The notes beneath the pieces were generated by a model. It had not been told where the DNA came from, did not search any database, and saw only the letters and a program-made list of their open reading frames with translations. From a virus (taxonomy: Duplodnaviria; Caudoviricetes): a stretch of 64,000 nt of DNA. The stretch spans positions 7,269-71,268 of the IMG/VR virus record IMGVR_UViG_3300014205_006854; one strand, given 5' to 3'. Both the position numbers and the translations under genes were made by a program. Positions 1 through 10,491 of the stretch are shown piece by piece (the first letter of the stretch is position 1; each line of letters begins with the position of its first letter).

Positions 1-654
1 AGTAATAACTGATGGTGAAGCATTAGTATAAGTTTCTTGTAATCCTGTATTTCCTTGAATACCAGTTATTCCTTGAATACCTTCCAAACCTGTATTACCT
101 TGTAAACCTTGTAGTCCTATATCTCCTTGTAAACCATCTATTCCTTGAATACCTGTATTACCTTGTACGCCTTGAATTCCATTTATTCCGGTTTCACCTT
201 GTAAACCTAATCCTGTTTCGCCTTGAATTCCAGTTTCTCCTTGAATTCCATTTATTCCAGTTTCACCCTGAATACCTTGTAATCCAGTATTTCCTTGAAA
301 ACCTTGAATTCCAGTTTGTCCTTCTAAACCAATTATTCCTGTTTGTCCTTGAATTCCTTGTAAACCTGTTTCTCCTTGTGTGCCTTGAATTCCTTGAATT
401 CCTTGTAAACCTATTTCTCCTTGAAATCCTTGAATGCCTTGAACACCAGTTTCACCTTGTAGTCCATTTATTCCTGTTTGTCCCTGAATTCCTGTTTCAC
501 CTTGAATTCCTTGTAAACCAGTATTTCCATCTACACCAGTTTCACCCTGTAATCCATTTATTCCAGTTTGTCCCTGAATTCCTTGAATTCCATTTAAACC
601 AGTTACTCCTTGAATTCCTTGAAGTCCAGTTTCACCTCTATTAAAATTTGGCAT
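1..654 (-). CDS. Collagen-like (Gly-X-Y) fibre protein, 3' end runs off the window
   Basis: Not in the ORF track. ATG at 654 with upstream AGGAG; translates MPNFNRGETGLQGIQGVTG... as ~66 GXY triplets, then ETYTNASPSVIT, still open at position 1. Confidence 0.9.
   Translation of the reverse strand, partial: MPNFNRGETGLQGIQGVTGLNGIQGIQGQTGINGLQGETGVDGNTGLQGIQGETGIQGQTGINGLQGETGVQGIQGFQGEIGLQGIQGIQGTQGETGLQGIQGQTGIIGLEGQTGIQGFQGNTGLQGIQGETGINGIQGETGIQGETGLGLQGETGINGIQGVQGNTGIQGIDGLQGDIGLQGLQGNTGLEGIQGITGIQGNTGLQETYTNASPSVIT
37..636 (-). repeat. Collagen triplet repeat (9-nt periodicity; GIQ/GET/GLQ/GNT)
   Basis: Recurring plus-strand ccttgaatt/ccagtttc units; one G-X interruption (GL-GLQ). Confidence 0.95.
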
Positions 655-668
655 TTTCTATTTATCTC

Positions 669-3600
669 CTATGGAATATTAGTTTGTGTTACTGGAGGAG
701 TATGATCATACTTTACTAATCCAGTTTTAACAATTTCAGTATTTCCAACTTTATCTATAGCATAAAATTGAATATTAATCGCACCTTCATATGGTAATGT
801 AAATCTTACAAATGATTGTAAAGGATCAATTATAATATGTTCATTCCAATCAATATCAGTCGGTAATTTATAATAAATCTTATCTATTCCTGATTCTATA
901 TCTGATGCAGTTAGAATAACATCTGGCACATAGTTTTTAAACCAATTATTATTACCATCAGGTACTGAAGGATCAGTTGATATAAGTGTTTCTGGTGCAA
1001 TAGCATCAGAATATATCACATTTGATTCTTTTACAGTTTCTTGATTGCCAGCTTTATCTATTGAATAATACTTAATTATAAAAACTCCAGAAACTGTTAA
1101 TTCAATTCTATTATTAGGTAAGTCTTGATATCTTAATGAAGGATAACTACCATCAATAGAATAAAAAGTATCTGAAACTCCTGAAATAACATCTACTGGA
1201 TTTAATTGAATATATATAGGTGCTTTTTGAAAATTAGGATTAATTATAGAAGTATCAGTTGTTACTGGAGCTATTAAATCTAATTTAAAACTTAATTGTA
1301 TTAATCCACTTTGTTTTTGTGGAACATCAGAAAATTGAACTGAATTAAAATCATAAGCTTTAGCATAAACTATGTGTGCATCATTTACCATATAAAAATC
1401 TGATAGTGCACCTTGAAATTCAACCAAAAATTTAATTTTATTCAACTCTAATATATAAGTAGAATCAATATGATCTAATGACAGTGTTCCTTGAATTTTT
1501 AAAGAAGTTGCATTAATTCTTTCTTTTACATATACAGATTCAGTACCAAATGTCAATAATGCATTTTCAATATTTAATGGTAAAATACCAGAATCAAATG
1601 TAACAATATCAGATCCAATATATCCTGTAGCTAAACCAGTAGTATGAACAATTTCGTCAAATCCAATAAATTTTGAAACATCATCTCTAATAGGAACTAC
1701 TATATCTAAAGCAACTGTATCTAAACTAAAATTTACTTTATCAATACCTATATAATGATGATAATCACATAATATTTCATTTTCAGAAATTATTCCATCA
1801 ACTAAAATTTCATCATAAAATTGAGTATATCCTTTTCTTCTGGAAATAAATTCATATGTTTCTCCAATAGAAGTATAAATTGATTCTACTGATCTAATGA
1901 AATGTTTTGCAATACCTAATGAATTATCAATTTTCAAACCAAAATAATCTGACGTATATTCTAATAATCCTATATCATCACTTGAAATATTAAAAAATAT
2001 TTCTTTTCCAATAGATGAACTAGCATTTATACCTGAAGACCATAACAAATCAAATGCTGTAGAAGTATTTTCTATTTTTATTCTATATCCTGATTCTACT
2101 AATGCTTGTGCTGGTGTTTGTATTTTTGAAACTAAAAAATTACCACCAAGTTTTGTTTGTATTTCAGTTAATAATTCATCAGTTGTATAATAACCATCAT
2201 CAATAGTTATAGCAAATTCAGTTAATCCAATTTTATAATCTAATTTATCATTTTCTCCGACAGTTATTTTAAAATTAGATACTTCTAAAAATTTCTGTCC
2301 TAATCTTTTAATAATATCATTTGACTGAATATCTGCATACAATTTAAATGGTAATTTATGCCAACCATTTGTTCCTGTTGGTGCATCTACAGTTAAGTTT
2401 AAACTTGGTATTTTTTTATCTATTACTATTTCATATAATGCAGTTTTAACATTTTCTTGATTTCCGGCATTATCAATAGAAAAATATTTTATCTTATAAG
2501 AACCTGTTTCTGATAAAGTAATAACATTACCAGTTTGTGTTGTACCTAACAATGTTATAACATAATCAGGTGCTGGCCCAATAATTATTTCAGGATCAGT
2601 ACCATCTATTGTATAAAAAGTTTGCTTTAATCCTGATTCACTATCATTTCCTGTTAAAATTACTTGTACTGTATAATCATATATGTATGGTACATAATAT
2701 GGAATTAAAATAGTTCGTTCTAACGTATTTAATGCTTCATCTCTATGTGAATATGAAAAATAATATGTTACTTCTAATGTATGATTTTGAGGTAATGGTA
2801 CACTATCAAATACATAATCAATTTCAAATACATCTGTTAAAGCAAAACTCGGTCCTGATAATTTTATCCATCCATCATTAGGAGTAGAAATTGACGGGTC
2901 AACCCCGTAGGTAAAACCATTGGTTTTATTAAGTAATTTTAAAACTTTTATTTGTCCAACATCTACTAATAATGGAGTATTTTTTAATTTTAATTTTTGT
3001 TGAGCAACATCTCGCCAAATATTATTAGTTTCAGGATTTTCATTTCTTGTAACTGGATATATTTCTAATTCATCTTTATCTGCACCTTGAATTTGAGTTG
3101 CATAATATTCTTGATATACTAAAGGATCAGTTGAAACAATATTATCTCTATCAAAAATACTTAATACAGAAACAACATTTTTATTATAAGTTTTAACTTG
3201 AGAATAACTAACCCAAGTAGAATTTTCATTTGATTCTAATTGATAACCTACACCTTTAGTTGTAAAAATGATTCCTTGCAATTCTAACGTATTATCAGCA
3301 GTAACAGGAGAAATATTATCTTTACAATAATTAATATACTTAAATGATTCAATATTTCCTGCATTATCAACAGAATAATATGTTAAAGTGTTAATACCAT
3401 CACTTGGAATAATAATTTCTACTAATGGTGAATATTCATTCCATGTTCCAACATTATTCCATTGATAGTACGTTTTACTTATTCCTGAAACATTATCTTC
3501 ATATTCAAAAGTTATTTTTGGATTGTTATTTACATACCAACCTATTACTGGAATTCCTGGAGTTTCTGCAGCTGGTAATCCATCTGGTAACAAATCTTCA

Positions 3601-5114
3601 GATACATTAGTTGAAGGTGCAATTCCATCAAATTTATATTGTTTAGATTGAACAGGACTAATATTACCTTCAATATCTGCTGCAAAATACTCTAATGACC
3701 AATACCCATTATAAGGTAAAGTAAATGGCATATGATAATCTACAAATACGACAGTTTCTGTATAAATATGAGGATAATTATCATCTAATCCAAAAACAAT
3801 TAATGTTGCATCATTAGATTCTGGATCTAAAAATTTTATTTCAGATGTTGGTGAACTGGTTGCAGCAGTTGGAGATGTTAAAGTTATGAATCCATTACCT
3901 TGTTCACCTTGTTCATTTGTTTCTTCTGCAATTATAAAATCAAATGCATTATTAATTAAATTAACAATTTCTGAAATTGTTGTTTGTCCAGGAATTACAC
4001 CACGTAAATCAATAGTTCTAAATTGATCTTGATCTACCTGAATTGTCACATTATAATTTGATGTTAAATTAATTGGTGTGGATAAATCAACAGGTGATAT
4101 ATATTTAGCAGTAGTAACAACACCAGTCTCATGTAACTTATATTTAATATAGATTATTTCTGATTCGTCAGTTGATGATAGAGAGATTTCAGGAGCTATT
4201 CTATACCATCCATTATTCCCATCTATTAAATGATCTTCAGAAACATATACATTAGGTACTGTTGTATCTATCTTAATTTCAAATATTTCTGTTTCATCTT
4301 TATCTTCCCAATTACCTGCAAAATCTTTCGCATTAAATTTAATTTTGTATGAACCATTTTCAGCAAATGTTACTGAAGTTCCAGTTTTAGCATTAGCAGA
4401 TGTTCTTGGGTCATCAGGTACTGTTCCATCAGTAGTAAATGTGTAGTAAATATTTTCTACACCAGATACTAAATCAGAATAAAAGAATGTGATTGTTACT
4501 GGTTGTTTTTGAGTTCCTACTGGAAATTCAGCTTGTGAAGTTGGTGTACCTACATCAAATTTAAAAATTTTTGATTTTGTTTGTTCAACATTTCCAGCAC
4601 TATCAACAGCATAATAAAATAAAGTATGAATTCCTTCAGATGGTATAGAAAGATTAGTTGTAAATTGTGAAAATATACCTGAATCCCACTTATAAAAAAT
4701 ATCAACTACTGAAGTCATTCCAAAACTTTGAGCAGTTAAATTTATATCAAAAATATTTGTTACATACCAATCATTCAAACCATTTGGATTAGTTGAAGTA
4801 ATAGTAGTAACTGGTGCTACATTATTTAATTTTAATTCTTGTGTTTTTGTTAATTCTTTATTGCCATTATTATCAACTGAAAAATATTTTATTGTGTGAA
4901 TTGCTACACCAGATATTGGAAAAACAGTCGTTATTCCATCTGGCATATTTGGTCCAAAAAATGGTGATAATTCTGAAGGTTCAGTACCATCAAATGTATA
5001 ATAAGTTTTAATAGGAGCTGCAGAAGGATCAAATGTTGGTGTCAATTGCACAACAAAAGAATCGACTCTATTCCAACCGCTTGGTATATTGCTTATAGTA
5101 TTTGGAATACTCAT
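669..5114 (-). CDS. Large virion protein with ~8 Ig/Fn3-associated (chitobiase-C / OmpL47-like) beta-sandwich repeats
   Basis: Eight copies of a Y[FY]SxDxAGNxE-type motif, often preceded by YYTxDG and followed by DxxxPxT; lies between baseplate J and the fibre gene. Confidence 0.7.
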   Translation of the reverse strand: MSIPNTISNIPSGWNRVDSFVVQLTPTFDPSAAPIKTYYTFDGTEPSELSPFFGPNMPDGITTVFPISGVAIHTIKYFSVDNNGNKELTKTQELKLNNVAPVTTITSTNPNGLNDWYVTNIFDINLTAQSFGMTSVVDIFYKWDSGIFSQFTTNLSIPSEGIHTLFYYAVDSAGNVEQTKSKIFKFDVGTPTSQAEFPVGTQKQPVTITFFYSDLVSGVENIYYTFTTDGTVPDDPRTSANAKTGTSVTFAENGSYKIKFNAKDFAGNWEDKDETEIFEIKIDTTVPNVYVSEDHLIDGNNGWYRIAPEISLSSTDESEIIYIKYKLHETGVVTTAKYISPVDLSTPINLTSNYNVTIQVDQDQFRTIDLRGVIPGQTTISEIVNLINNAFDFIIAEETNEQGEQGNGFITLTSPTAATSSPTSEIKFLDPESNDATLIVFGLDDNYPHIYTETVVFVDYHMPFTLPYNGYWSLEYFAADIEGNISPVQSKQYKFDGIAPSTNVSEDLLPDGLPAAETPGIPVIGWYVNNNPKITFEYEDNVSGISKTYYQWNNVGTWNEYSPLVEIIIPSDGINTLTYYSVDNAGNIESFKYINYCKDNISPVTADNTLELQGIIFTTKGVGYQLESNENSTWVSYSQVKTYNKNVVSVLSIFDRDNIVSTDPLVYQEYYATQIQGADKDELEIYPVTRNENPETNNIWRDVAQQKLKLKNTPLLVDVGQIKVLKLLNKTNGFTYGVDPSISTPNDGWIKLSGPSFALTDVFEIDYVFDSVPLPQNHTLEVTYYFSYSHRDEALNTLERTILIPYYVPYIYDYTVQVILTGNDSESGLKQTFYTIDGTDPEIIIGPAPDYVITLLGTTQTGNVITLSETGSYKIKYFSIDNAGNQENVKTALYEIVIDKKIPSLNLTVDAPTGTNGWHKLPFKLYADIQSNDIIKRLGQKFLEVSNFKITVGENDKLDYKIGLTEFAITIDDGYYTTDELLTEIQTKLGGNFLVSKIQTPAQALVESGYRIKIENTSTAFDLLWSSGINASSSIGKEIFFNISSDDIGLLEYTSDYFGLKIDNSLGIAKHFIRSVESIYTSIGETYEFISRRKGYTQFYDEILVDGIISENEILCDYHHYIGIDKVNFSLDTVALDIVVPIRDDVSKFIGFDEIVHTTGLATGYIGSDIVTFDSGILPLNIENALLTFGTESVYVKERINATSLKIQGTLSLDHIDSTYILELNKIKFLVEFQGALSDFYMVNDAHIVYAKAYDFNSVQFSDVPQKQSGLIQLSFKLDLIAPVTTDTSIINPNFQKAPIYIQLNPVDVISGVSDTFYSIDGSYPSLRYQDLPNNRIELTVSGVFIIKYYSIDKAGNQETVKESNVIYSDAIAPETLISTDPSVPDGNNNWFKNYVPDVILTASDIESGIDKIYYKLPTDIDWNEHIIIDPLQSFVRFTLPYEGAINIQFYAIDKVGNTEIVKTGLVKYDHTPPVTQTNIP

Positions 5115-5117
5115 TTT

Positions 5118-8100
5118 TTATGCTTCCGTTATTGATGTAGCTACAACTATATTGCCTGGTACTAAATATTCTAAATTTTGGCATGGAATATTCTTTGCTC
5201 CAGATTCTCCATAAACAATATATGAAACTGAATATGTATGTGCATTTGGCTGATCACTATTTATCGTAGAAATAATTACTTCACCATTTTCAGAAATAAA
5301 TGCTTGTCCAGATGCAGAATCAACTTCATTTGCATCAGTCACAAAATTCAATTTTATATCATCTTCGTATACTGCATAAAATCCATTATCTGAATTACTT
5401 CCTAATGTTTTATAGATTAATGCATTTTGTCCTGTAGAATATGAATTAACAAAACTGGCTTGATATGGAATAAATTCTGAATTTATCTGTTCTCTGTTTA
5501 TTCTTGTATAATCTGCTTTTACCATTTTTGTTAATGGTAATAATACAGAACTTACTTTATCTACTTCCTCTATTGCATGTACAATATCACTTTGTGCAAG
5601 TTTATTACCAACTTTTAATTTTGAATGAACTTTAGATATTGCATCTTTTATATTTAATTTCACAGTTGTTTCATCAATTTCATTATCTAAAGATTCTAAA
5701 ACTACTGCTAATTCATAATCAACAAATGTTTTTAAAACTTCTTTTACTAAAACATCTGCAGCTATATGTGAATCCACATTAATCTTATCTTGTACTATTT
5801 TAACTAAAGGATTAGATGTATAAGTAATAGTTAAAATTTCACCATAAGAATAATCAACAGTTACAGTTGAACCATTTGGAATTGATGATGTAACTGATCT
5901 AGAAATTGATACATTTTTTTCATTTTCTTTTTTAATCAAATAATCAGAATTTACAAAATATATAGTAGAACCATTTCTAATTACAATAGATTCAGTATCA
6001 ATTCCTTTGTTACTTAATTCTTTAAATTCATTATCAATTAAAGTAACATTTTCTGTAAAATCAAAAACATTTCCATTTGGAATACCATTATCATAAAGTA
6101 TTTGGATACTTCGTTGTGCTTTTACTGAATTTCCTTCTAACAAAATATCATCAATATTATTAAATTTATAATTAACATTTTCTTGTAATAATCCACTATC
6201 ACTACCTTCCACAGATAAAATTGTATCTGCTGGCTGATTTTGTAAAATTATAGGACTACTATCATGATATCTGTAAGTTGATGTAACTATATCACTAGTA
6301 GATAATCCAATTGAATCATTTATGATATTATTTTTATCGATAATAAAAGAAATTCCATCATCTTCTATCCATAAACTTTGTAAAATATTATCATTTAATA
6401 AATTGGCATCAACTTCACCACCTGCAGCATTTGATATTACTATTTCTGGTGTATTGAAAATTTTTATTGTATAATCATATGTAGCTGATAATTTATTACC
6501 AGATACTAAAGGATTTGTTAATTGAATGAATCCATTCAACAAATTAATAGTATAATCTACATTTTCAACTAAAATAATGTCATTTTTATAAATTGTATAT
6601 GATTTTTTAACGATCATTTGATGATCTAATGATGCAGATACTTCACCGCCAAGTGCAGCATTAATTATTATTTCATTAAGTACATTTTCTCTATAATCAT
6701 ATTTTGCAGTAATAACATCACCAGTAATTAAAGGTTCTACAAATGATATTAATCCTGTTGATAAATCCAATTTTACTTGTGATTGTTTTAACATTGCAAT
6801 ATTGTTTTTATAAATAATCCAATTTCCTAATAAATCATAAATTTTACCTTTAGAAACATTCGTAACATTTTCTACGTTAAAAATGTTTTTTGTTGCAGAA
6901 ACATCAGTGCTAACAGACTTAAAAGTAAATCCATCAATATCAAATACATCTACAGGATCATCAATTTTTTGATTAAATAAAAATCCAATAAAATCTTGAT
7001 ATTGTGTTTGAGTTCCACCCATAATATATACATCAACTTTTCCAAAAACATGTTTTTGTCTTACTTCATCATAATCACGTTGCATTAATTTATTACCAGC
7101 TGTTACTACTATAGCATCTAATACATTAGGCGTTTCTGCTGCTGTTCGTTTATATCCATAAGCAGTACCAACATCTAAACCAACTAAAGCATATTGTGCT
7201 CTATCAGCTAATGAAGAATTTGATTCTCTGTCTGTTCCACCTAATGCTGCTAATAAATTTGTAACATTTAAACCTGAAACAGGTGAACTTATAACAGTTC
7301 CTGCACCAACATTTCCAATACTTCCAGGATCTATTGCTTGTGTTTCAACACTAATTTCATATCTATTTCGTAATGCATTAAAATATTTACTTAACTGATT
7401 AACATCTAATGTTACTTCTGCTAAAGTTTCAAATACAACTGATTGAGTTAATTCTGTAGGAATAGTACTTGGTCTAGTTCCTTTCAAAATAGTTATACTT
7501 TTTGTTGGTGCAATATCAGTCCAAAATGTTGATGTTACAGTTGAATTGGTTTCTTCTTTTCTAAATATTCCATAATTTGCAGCTAATTGATCAAATTTAA
7601 AATCAATCATTGCTTGTAAATCTTCATCAGTATCTATAAAAAATGCTTCTTTTAATTGTAATTTATAAGTTGAATCTGCTACTGGATCAGAAATATTATC
7701 ACCATCAGCATCATCCAATTTTCTTAATGTTAAAAATGATTGTGATCTAGATATAAAATCTTCTCTAATATATGAATATGAAATTTCATGTGCATTAGGA
7801 TCTATATGTAATTGTCTGGTAACAGATCCAGGTTTAACATCTAATTTTGGTTCACGATCTAAAAGTTCAGTTATATAATCTAGAGAAATATCATTTTCAG
7901 ATCTAACTGTTGAACTTAAAATATTAGTTGGAATAAGTAATGGGGTAGCTGTTACTTCTATAGAATATGCACTTTCTTCGCCTAAATTATCAACTGCTGT
8001 AATAACATAATATTGAGGTTTATCTTCAAGAAGATTTTGATGTACATACAAATAAATATATACGGTTGAATATGTTTCTTCTATAACAGTAGTTTTATGA

Positions 8101-8333
8101 CCTCCAACATCAGTTACTTCTGTGGTAGAACTTAACACTTCTTTTTTTGTTTCAGAAAATTCTGTAATCAAAATGTTATTTAATTTTGCATAACCACTAA
8201 TTCCACCACCTGAAGTTGTTGAATTATAAATATTATAACCTTTAACATTTAATTCAGGATTCTTAATCCATCGAACTTCAGCTTTATTTTGATAAACAGT
8301 AGTGGTAATTCCTGTAGGCGCTGATATGCTCAT
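5118..8333 (-). CDS. Baseplate wedge protein, baseplate-J/gp6-like, with N-terminal Fn3 domain
   Basis: Fn3-like start (APTGIT...VRW...GYNIY); J-like motifs GSIGNVGAGTV, GGTDRESNSSLADR, GKVDVYI; C-terminal wedge segment AQSDIVHAIEEV. Confidence 0.85.
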   Translation of the reverse strand: MSISAPTGITTTVYQNKAEVRWIKNPELNVKGYNIYNSTTSGGGISGYAKLNNILITEFSETKKEVLSSTTEVTDVGGHKTTVIEETYSTVYIYLYVHQNLLEDKPQYYVITAVDNLGEESAYSIEVTATPLLIPTNILSSTVRSENDISLDYITELLDREPKLDVKPGSVTRQLHIDPNAHEISYSYIREDFISRSQSFLTLRKLDDADGDNISDPVADSTYKLQLKEAFFIDTDEDLQAMIDFKFDQLAANYGIFRKEETNSTVTSTFWTDIAPTKSITILKGTRPSTIPTELTQSVVFETLAEVTLDVNQLSKYFNALRNRYEISVETQAIDPGSIGNVGAGTVISSPVSGLNVTNLLAALGGTDRESNSSLADRAQYALVGLDVGTAYGYKRTAAETPNVLDAIVVTAGNKLMQRDYDEVRQKHVFGKVDVYIMGGTQTQYQDFIGFLFNQKIDDPVDVFDIDGFTFKSVSTDVSATKNIFNVENVTNVSKGKIYDLLGNWIIYKNNIAMLKQSQVKLDLSTGLISFVEPLITGDVITAKYDYRENVLNEIIINAALGGEVSASLDHQMIVKKSYTIYKNDIILVENVDYTINLLNGFIQLTNPLVSGNKLSATYDYTIKIFNTPEIVISNAAGGEVDANLLNDNILQSLWIEDDGISFIIDKNNIINDSIGLSTSDIVTSTYRYHDSSPIILQNQPADTILSVEGSDSGLLQENVNYKFNNIDDILLEGNSVKAQRSIQILYDNGIPNGNVFDFTENVTLIDNEFKELSNKGIDTESIVIRNGSTIYFVNSDYLIKKENEKNVSISRSVTSSIPNGSTVTVDYSYGEILTITYTSNPLVKIVQDKINVDSHIAADVLVKEVLKTFVDYELAVVLESLDNEIDETTVKLNIKDAISKVHSKLKVGNKLAQSDIVHAIEEVDKVSSVLLPLTKMVKADYTRINREQINSEFIPYQASFVNSYSTGQNALIYKTLGSNSDNGFYAVYEDDIKLNFVTDANEVDSASGQAFISENGEVIISTINSDQPNAHTYSVSYIVYGESGAKNIPCQNLEYLVPGNIVVATSITEA

Positions 8334-8336
8334 TAT

Positions 8337-9842
8337 TTATCCCCTATATAACTTTTTTGAATTCAATTGAGTCAAATCAATAGTGGCTTCATATTCTTTG
8401 CCAGCTTGATTCACAACATTAACAGTAGCAGTATAATAAGTAATATCTACATCAGAAATTGTAACTTCAATATTTCTTATAAAATTTATAAATTCTTCAT
8501 CACTAACTTCTTGATATTGCTCTTGCTGTATTTGTGCATTCTTTAAATTTGATAATGCACTAATCAATTCACCAGCAATTCTAGTTTTCAAATAAGATGG
8601 TAATTGTTTTGTACCTATAATAGTATTAAATACAGTTCCATACCATGTTGCAACTTTATCTGAACCTTTAATAGTAATACTTATCTTTTTTAAATCCTGA
8701 ATTAATTTTTCTTCTCTTTCAATAGTTACATATTCTCCTAAACTATCAACTAAATAATCAGCTAGATCAGAATTTCCTTGACATTTAACACAATATTCTA
8801 ATGATGTACCATAATCAATTGTTATTCTATCAGAATTTTTCTGTGTTTGATAATAATATGAAATAGTTACATCATCACCATCTTGCGGCTTATATGCAAT
8901 TTTAACTAATCCAACTTCTGGATCTATATCTAAAACTTGAACTCTTTCACCATTTATTTTAACAACAACTGCATTATTCAAAGTATCATAAAATGAATTT
9001 GTAAATGATTGATATAATGGTAATAATGGATAATGTGAAGTTTGAAAAATAGAATTTGTACCATTAAATTGATTAGTTACATTTTCATCTACTATATATT
9101 TTCTACTAGTTAACAAATTATCATAAAAAACTATATCTTTTGCAGAAGGAATTAAAGATCTGGTTGATGGTAAAAATTGCCATCCATTATTAACTTTTGC
9201 AAAATAAATAACATTAACATTTTGACCAGTTGCTGGCTTTTCTTTTAAATAAATTGCACCATTTTCTGCATCTAATGTTTTTATTTTTGCTTTAAAATAA
9301 TATGAAATTAAAACTTCATCTGTAACCAATGGTTTAAATGATAATTGTATTCTACCAAATTTTGCATCAATATCTACAATATCTATTGCAGGCAAAATAT
9401 CACCATTTAGTTTTATTATTATATCATTCGTTGAAACTATAGAATTAAAATCAAAATTATTAGATTTTAAAATAGGTTTTCCTGAAACATAAAAGAAATC
9501 ATCATTTCCAGTAAATTGTTCAGAAACATTTTCATCAATAATTTCTATTTGCACTATTACATCATCAGTGGTTGCTAAAATATTACGTTTACTTCCATCA
9601 TATATAGGTGCATTTTGTAATGGTATAAATTCATGTTCAATTATAGTATCAGTAACATTTTCTTTTACTTGTTTTTCTGTAGTAGAATTTCTTGATCTAA
9701 CAAAATCATTTATTCTAACTACAGCATCATAACTGGTAGCTAAACGATTCAACACAATAGTCTTATTATCACTATCAGGAATTTGATCTTCCTCAATAAT
9801 AGTGTGATTACAATTATTTCCTAATTTTATTTCATAAGACAT
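8337..9842 (-). CDS. Baseplate wedge protein with C-terminal gp25-like domain
   Basis: C-terminal KLIQDLKKI...WYGT..NTIIG...FIRNIEV resembles the gp25/sheath-initiator fold; three N-terminal beta modules; adjacent to baseplate J. Confidence 0.7.
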   Translation of the reverse strand: MSYEIKLGNNCNHTIIEEDQIPDSDNKTIVLNRLATSYDAVVRINDFVRSRNSTTEKQVKENVTDTIIEHEFIPLQNAPIYDGSKRNILATTDDVIVQIEIIDENVSEQFTGNDDFFYVSGKPILKSNNFDFNSIVSTNDIIIKLNGDILPAIDIVDIDAKFGRIQLSFKPLVTDEVLISYYFKAKIKTLDAENGAIYLKEKPATGQNVNVIYFAKVNNGWQFLPSTRSLIPSAKDIVFYDNLLTSRKYIVDENVTNQFNGTNSIFQTSHYPLLPLYQSFTNSFYDTLNNAVVVKINGERVQVLDIDPEVGLVKIAYKPQDGDDVTISYYYQTQKNSDRITIDYGTSLEYCVKCQGNSDLADYLVDSLGEYVTIEREEKLIQDLKKISITIKGSDKVATWYGTVFNTIIGTKQLPSYLKTRIAGELISALSNLKNAQIQQEQYQEVSDEEFINFIRNIEVTISDVDITYYTATVNVVNQAGKEYEATIDLTQLNSKKLYRG

Positions 9843-9856
9843 TTTTATTATTCCAT

Positions 9857-10357
9857 TTATTCAGGTATAAATACACCTTTAAAATAATTGCGCATATCTT
9901 CTGTAGTAGAAAAAATATGTGTGCTATTCTCTTTATTTTTTAAAGCATAAATAGAATCTAATAATGCTGTTGTTTGTGTTTTAGCAATCGATTTTCTATC
10001 TATCTTTTCAGCTAACTGTTCAATCATATCATGTAATTTTTTAGCTTTATATTCTAATCTTTCATACTTATATTTGATATTTTCTATGAATGGCTTTTTT
10101 GCTTTTTCAATTATCCTTCCAGAATTTGCATCTAACTGTTTAGCAATTACTTGAACATCTGACAATTTAGAATTATAAATACTTTGTCCAATTGTAGAAT
10201 CTATTGATAATATCTCTGCTAATGTTTGTTGTAAATTATCTTTCTCAGCAAACATAAAATTTATCTGTTCATCAATATTTTCAATTTCAATTGATAAAAA
10301 AGCTCTTAATTCATTCAATTGTTCAAGACTTAAAGTGCCTAAAAAATTAAATGCCAA
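9857..10357 (-). CDS. Hypothetical helical protein (TTG start)
   Basis: 166-aa ORF, GGAG RBS upstream of TTG, coiled-coil character. Confidence 0.7.
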   Translation of the reverse strand: MAFNFLGTLSLEQLNELRAFLSIEIENIDEQINFMFAEKDNLQQTLAEILSIDSTIGQSIYNSKLSDVQVIAKQLDANSGRIIEKAKKPFIENIKYKYERLEYKAKKLHDMIEQLAEKIDRKSIAKTQTTALLDSIYALKNKENSTHIFSTTEDMRNYFKGVFIPE

Positions 10358-10392
10358 AATACAACTCCGTGTTTATTATATTGATTGATTAT

Positions 10393-10448
10393 ATTGTTCT
10401 CCCGAGAACTACAAACCCGGTCAATGAACAATGGAAGGATAGTAGTTT
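10393..10448 (-). ncRNA. K-turn/pseudoknot structured RNA motif, copy 1 of 4
   Basis: Sense RNA AAACUAC-UAUCCUUCC-AUUGUUC-AUU-GA-CCGGG-UUU-GUAGUU-CUCGG-GA-GAACAAU; three helices, tandem GA/AG with 3-nt bulge; contains a G-U wobble that would be an A-C mismatch on the other strand. Confidence 0.75.
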
Positions 10449-10491
10449 GATTATGGCGTTATTAAAATAGTTTGATAAACATTTTAGAAAA

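Noticed and set aside
378-644. Plus-strand ORFs in the track (e.g. 378-644, 14420-14995, 29744-30217, 34936-35370)
   Set aside because: Antisense shadows of long minus-strand genes or repeats, without RBS or recognisable motifs.
660-680. TAG ending the 1481-aa protein at the start of a new repeat, suggesting amber recoding or read-through
   Set aside because: The read-through frame closes after about 22 codons, the TAG overlaps the next gene's AGGAG RBS, and all long ORFs are intact in the standard code.
10393-10448. Motif as an HDV-like (theta), hammerhead, twister or pistol ribozyme
   Set aside because: Helix order loosely recalls HDV P1/P2/P1.1, but there is no P3/L3 or catalytic J4/2 cytosine and none of the other ribozymes' core sequences.
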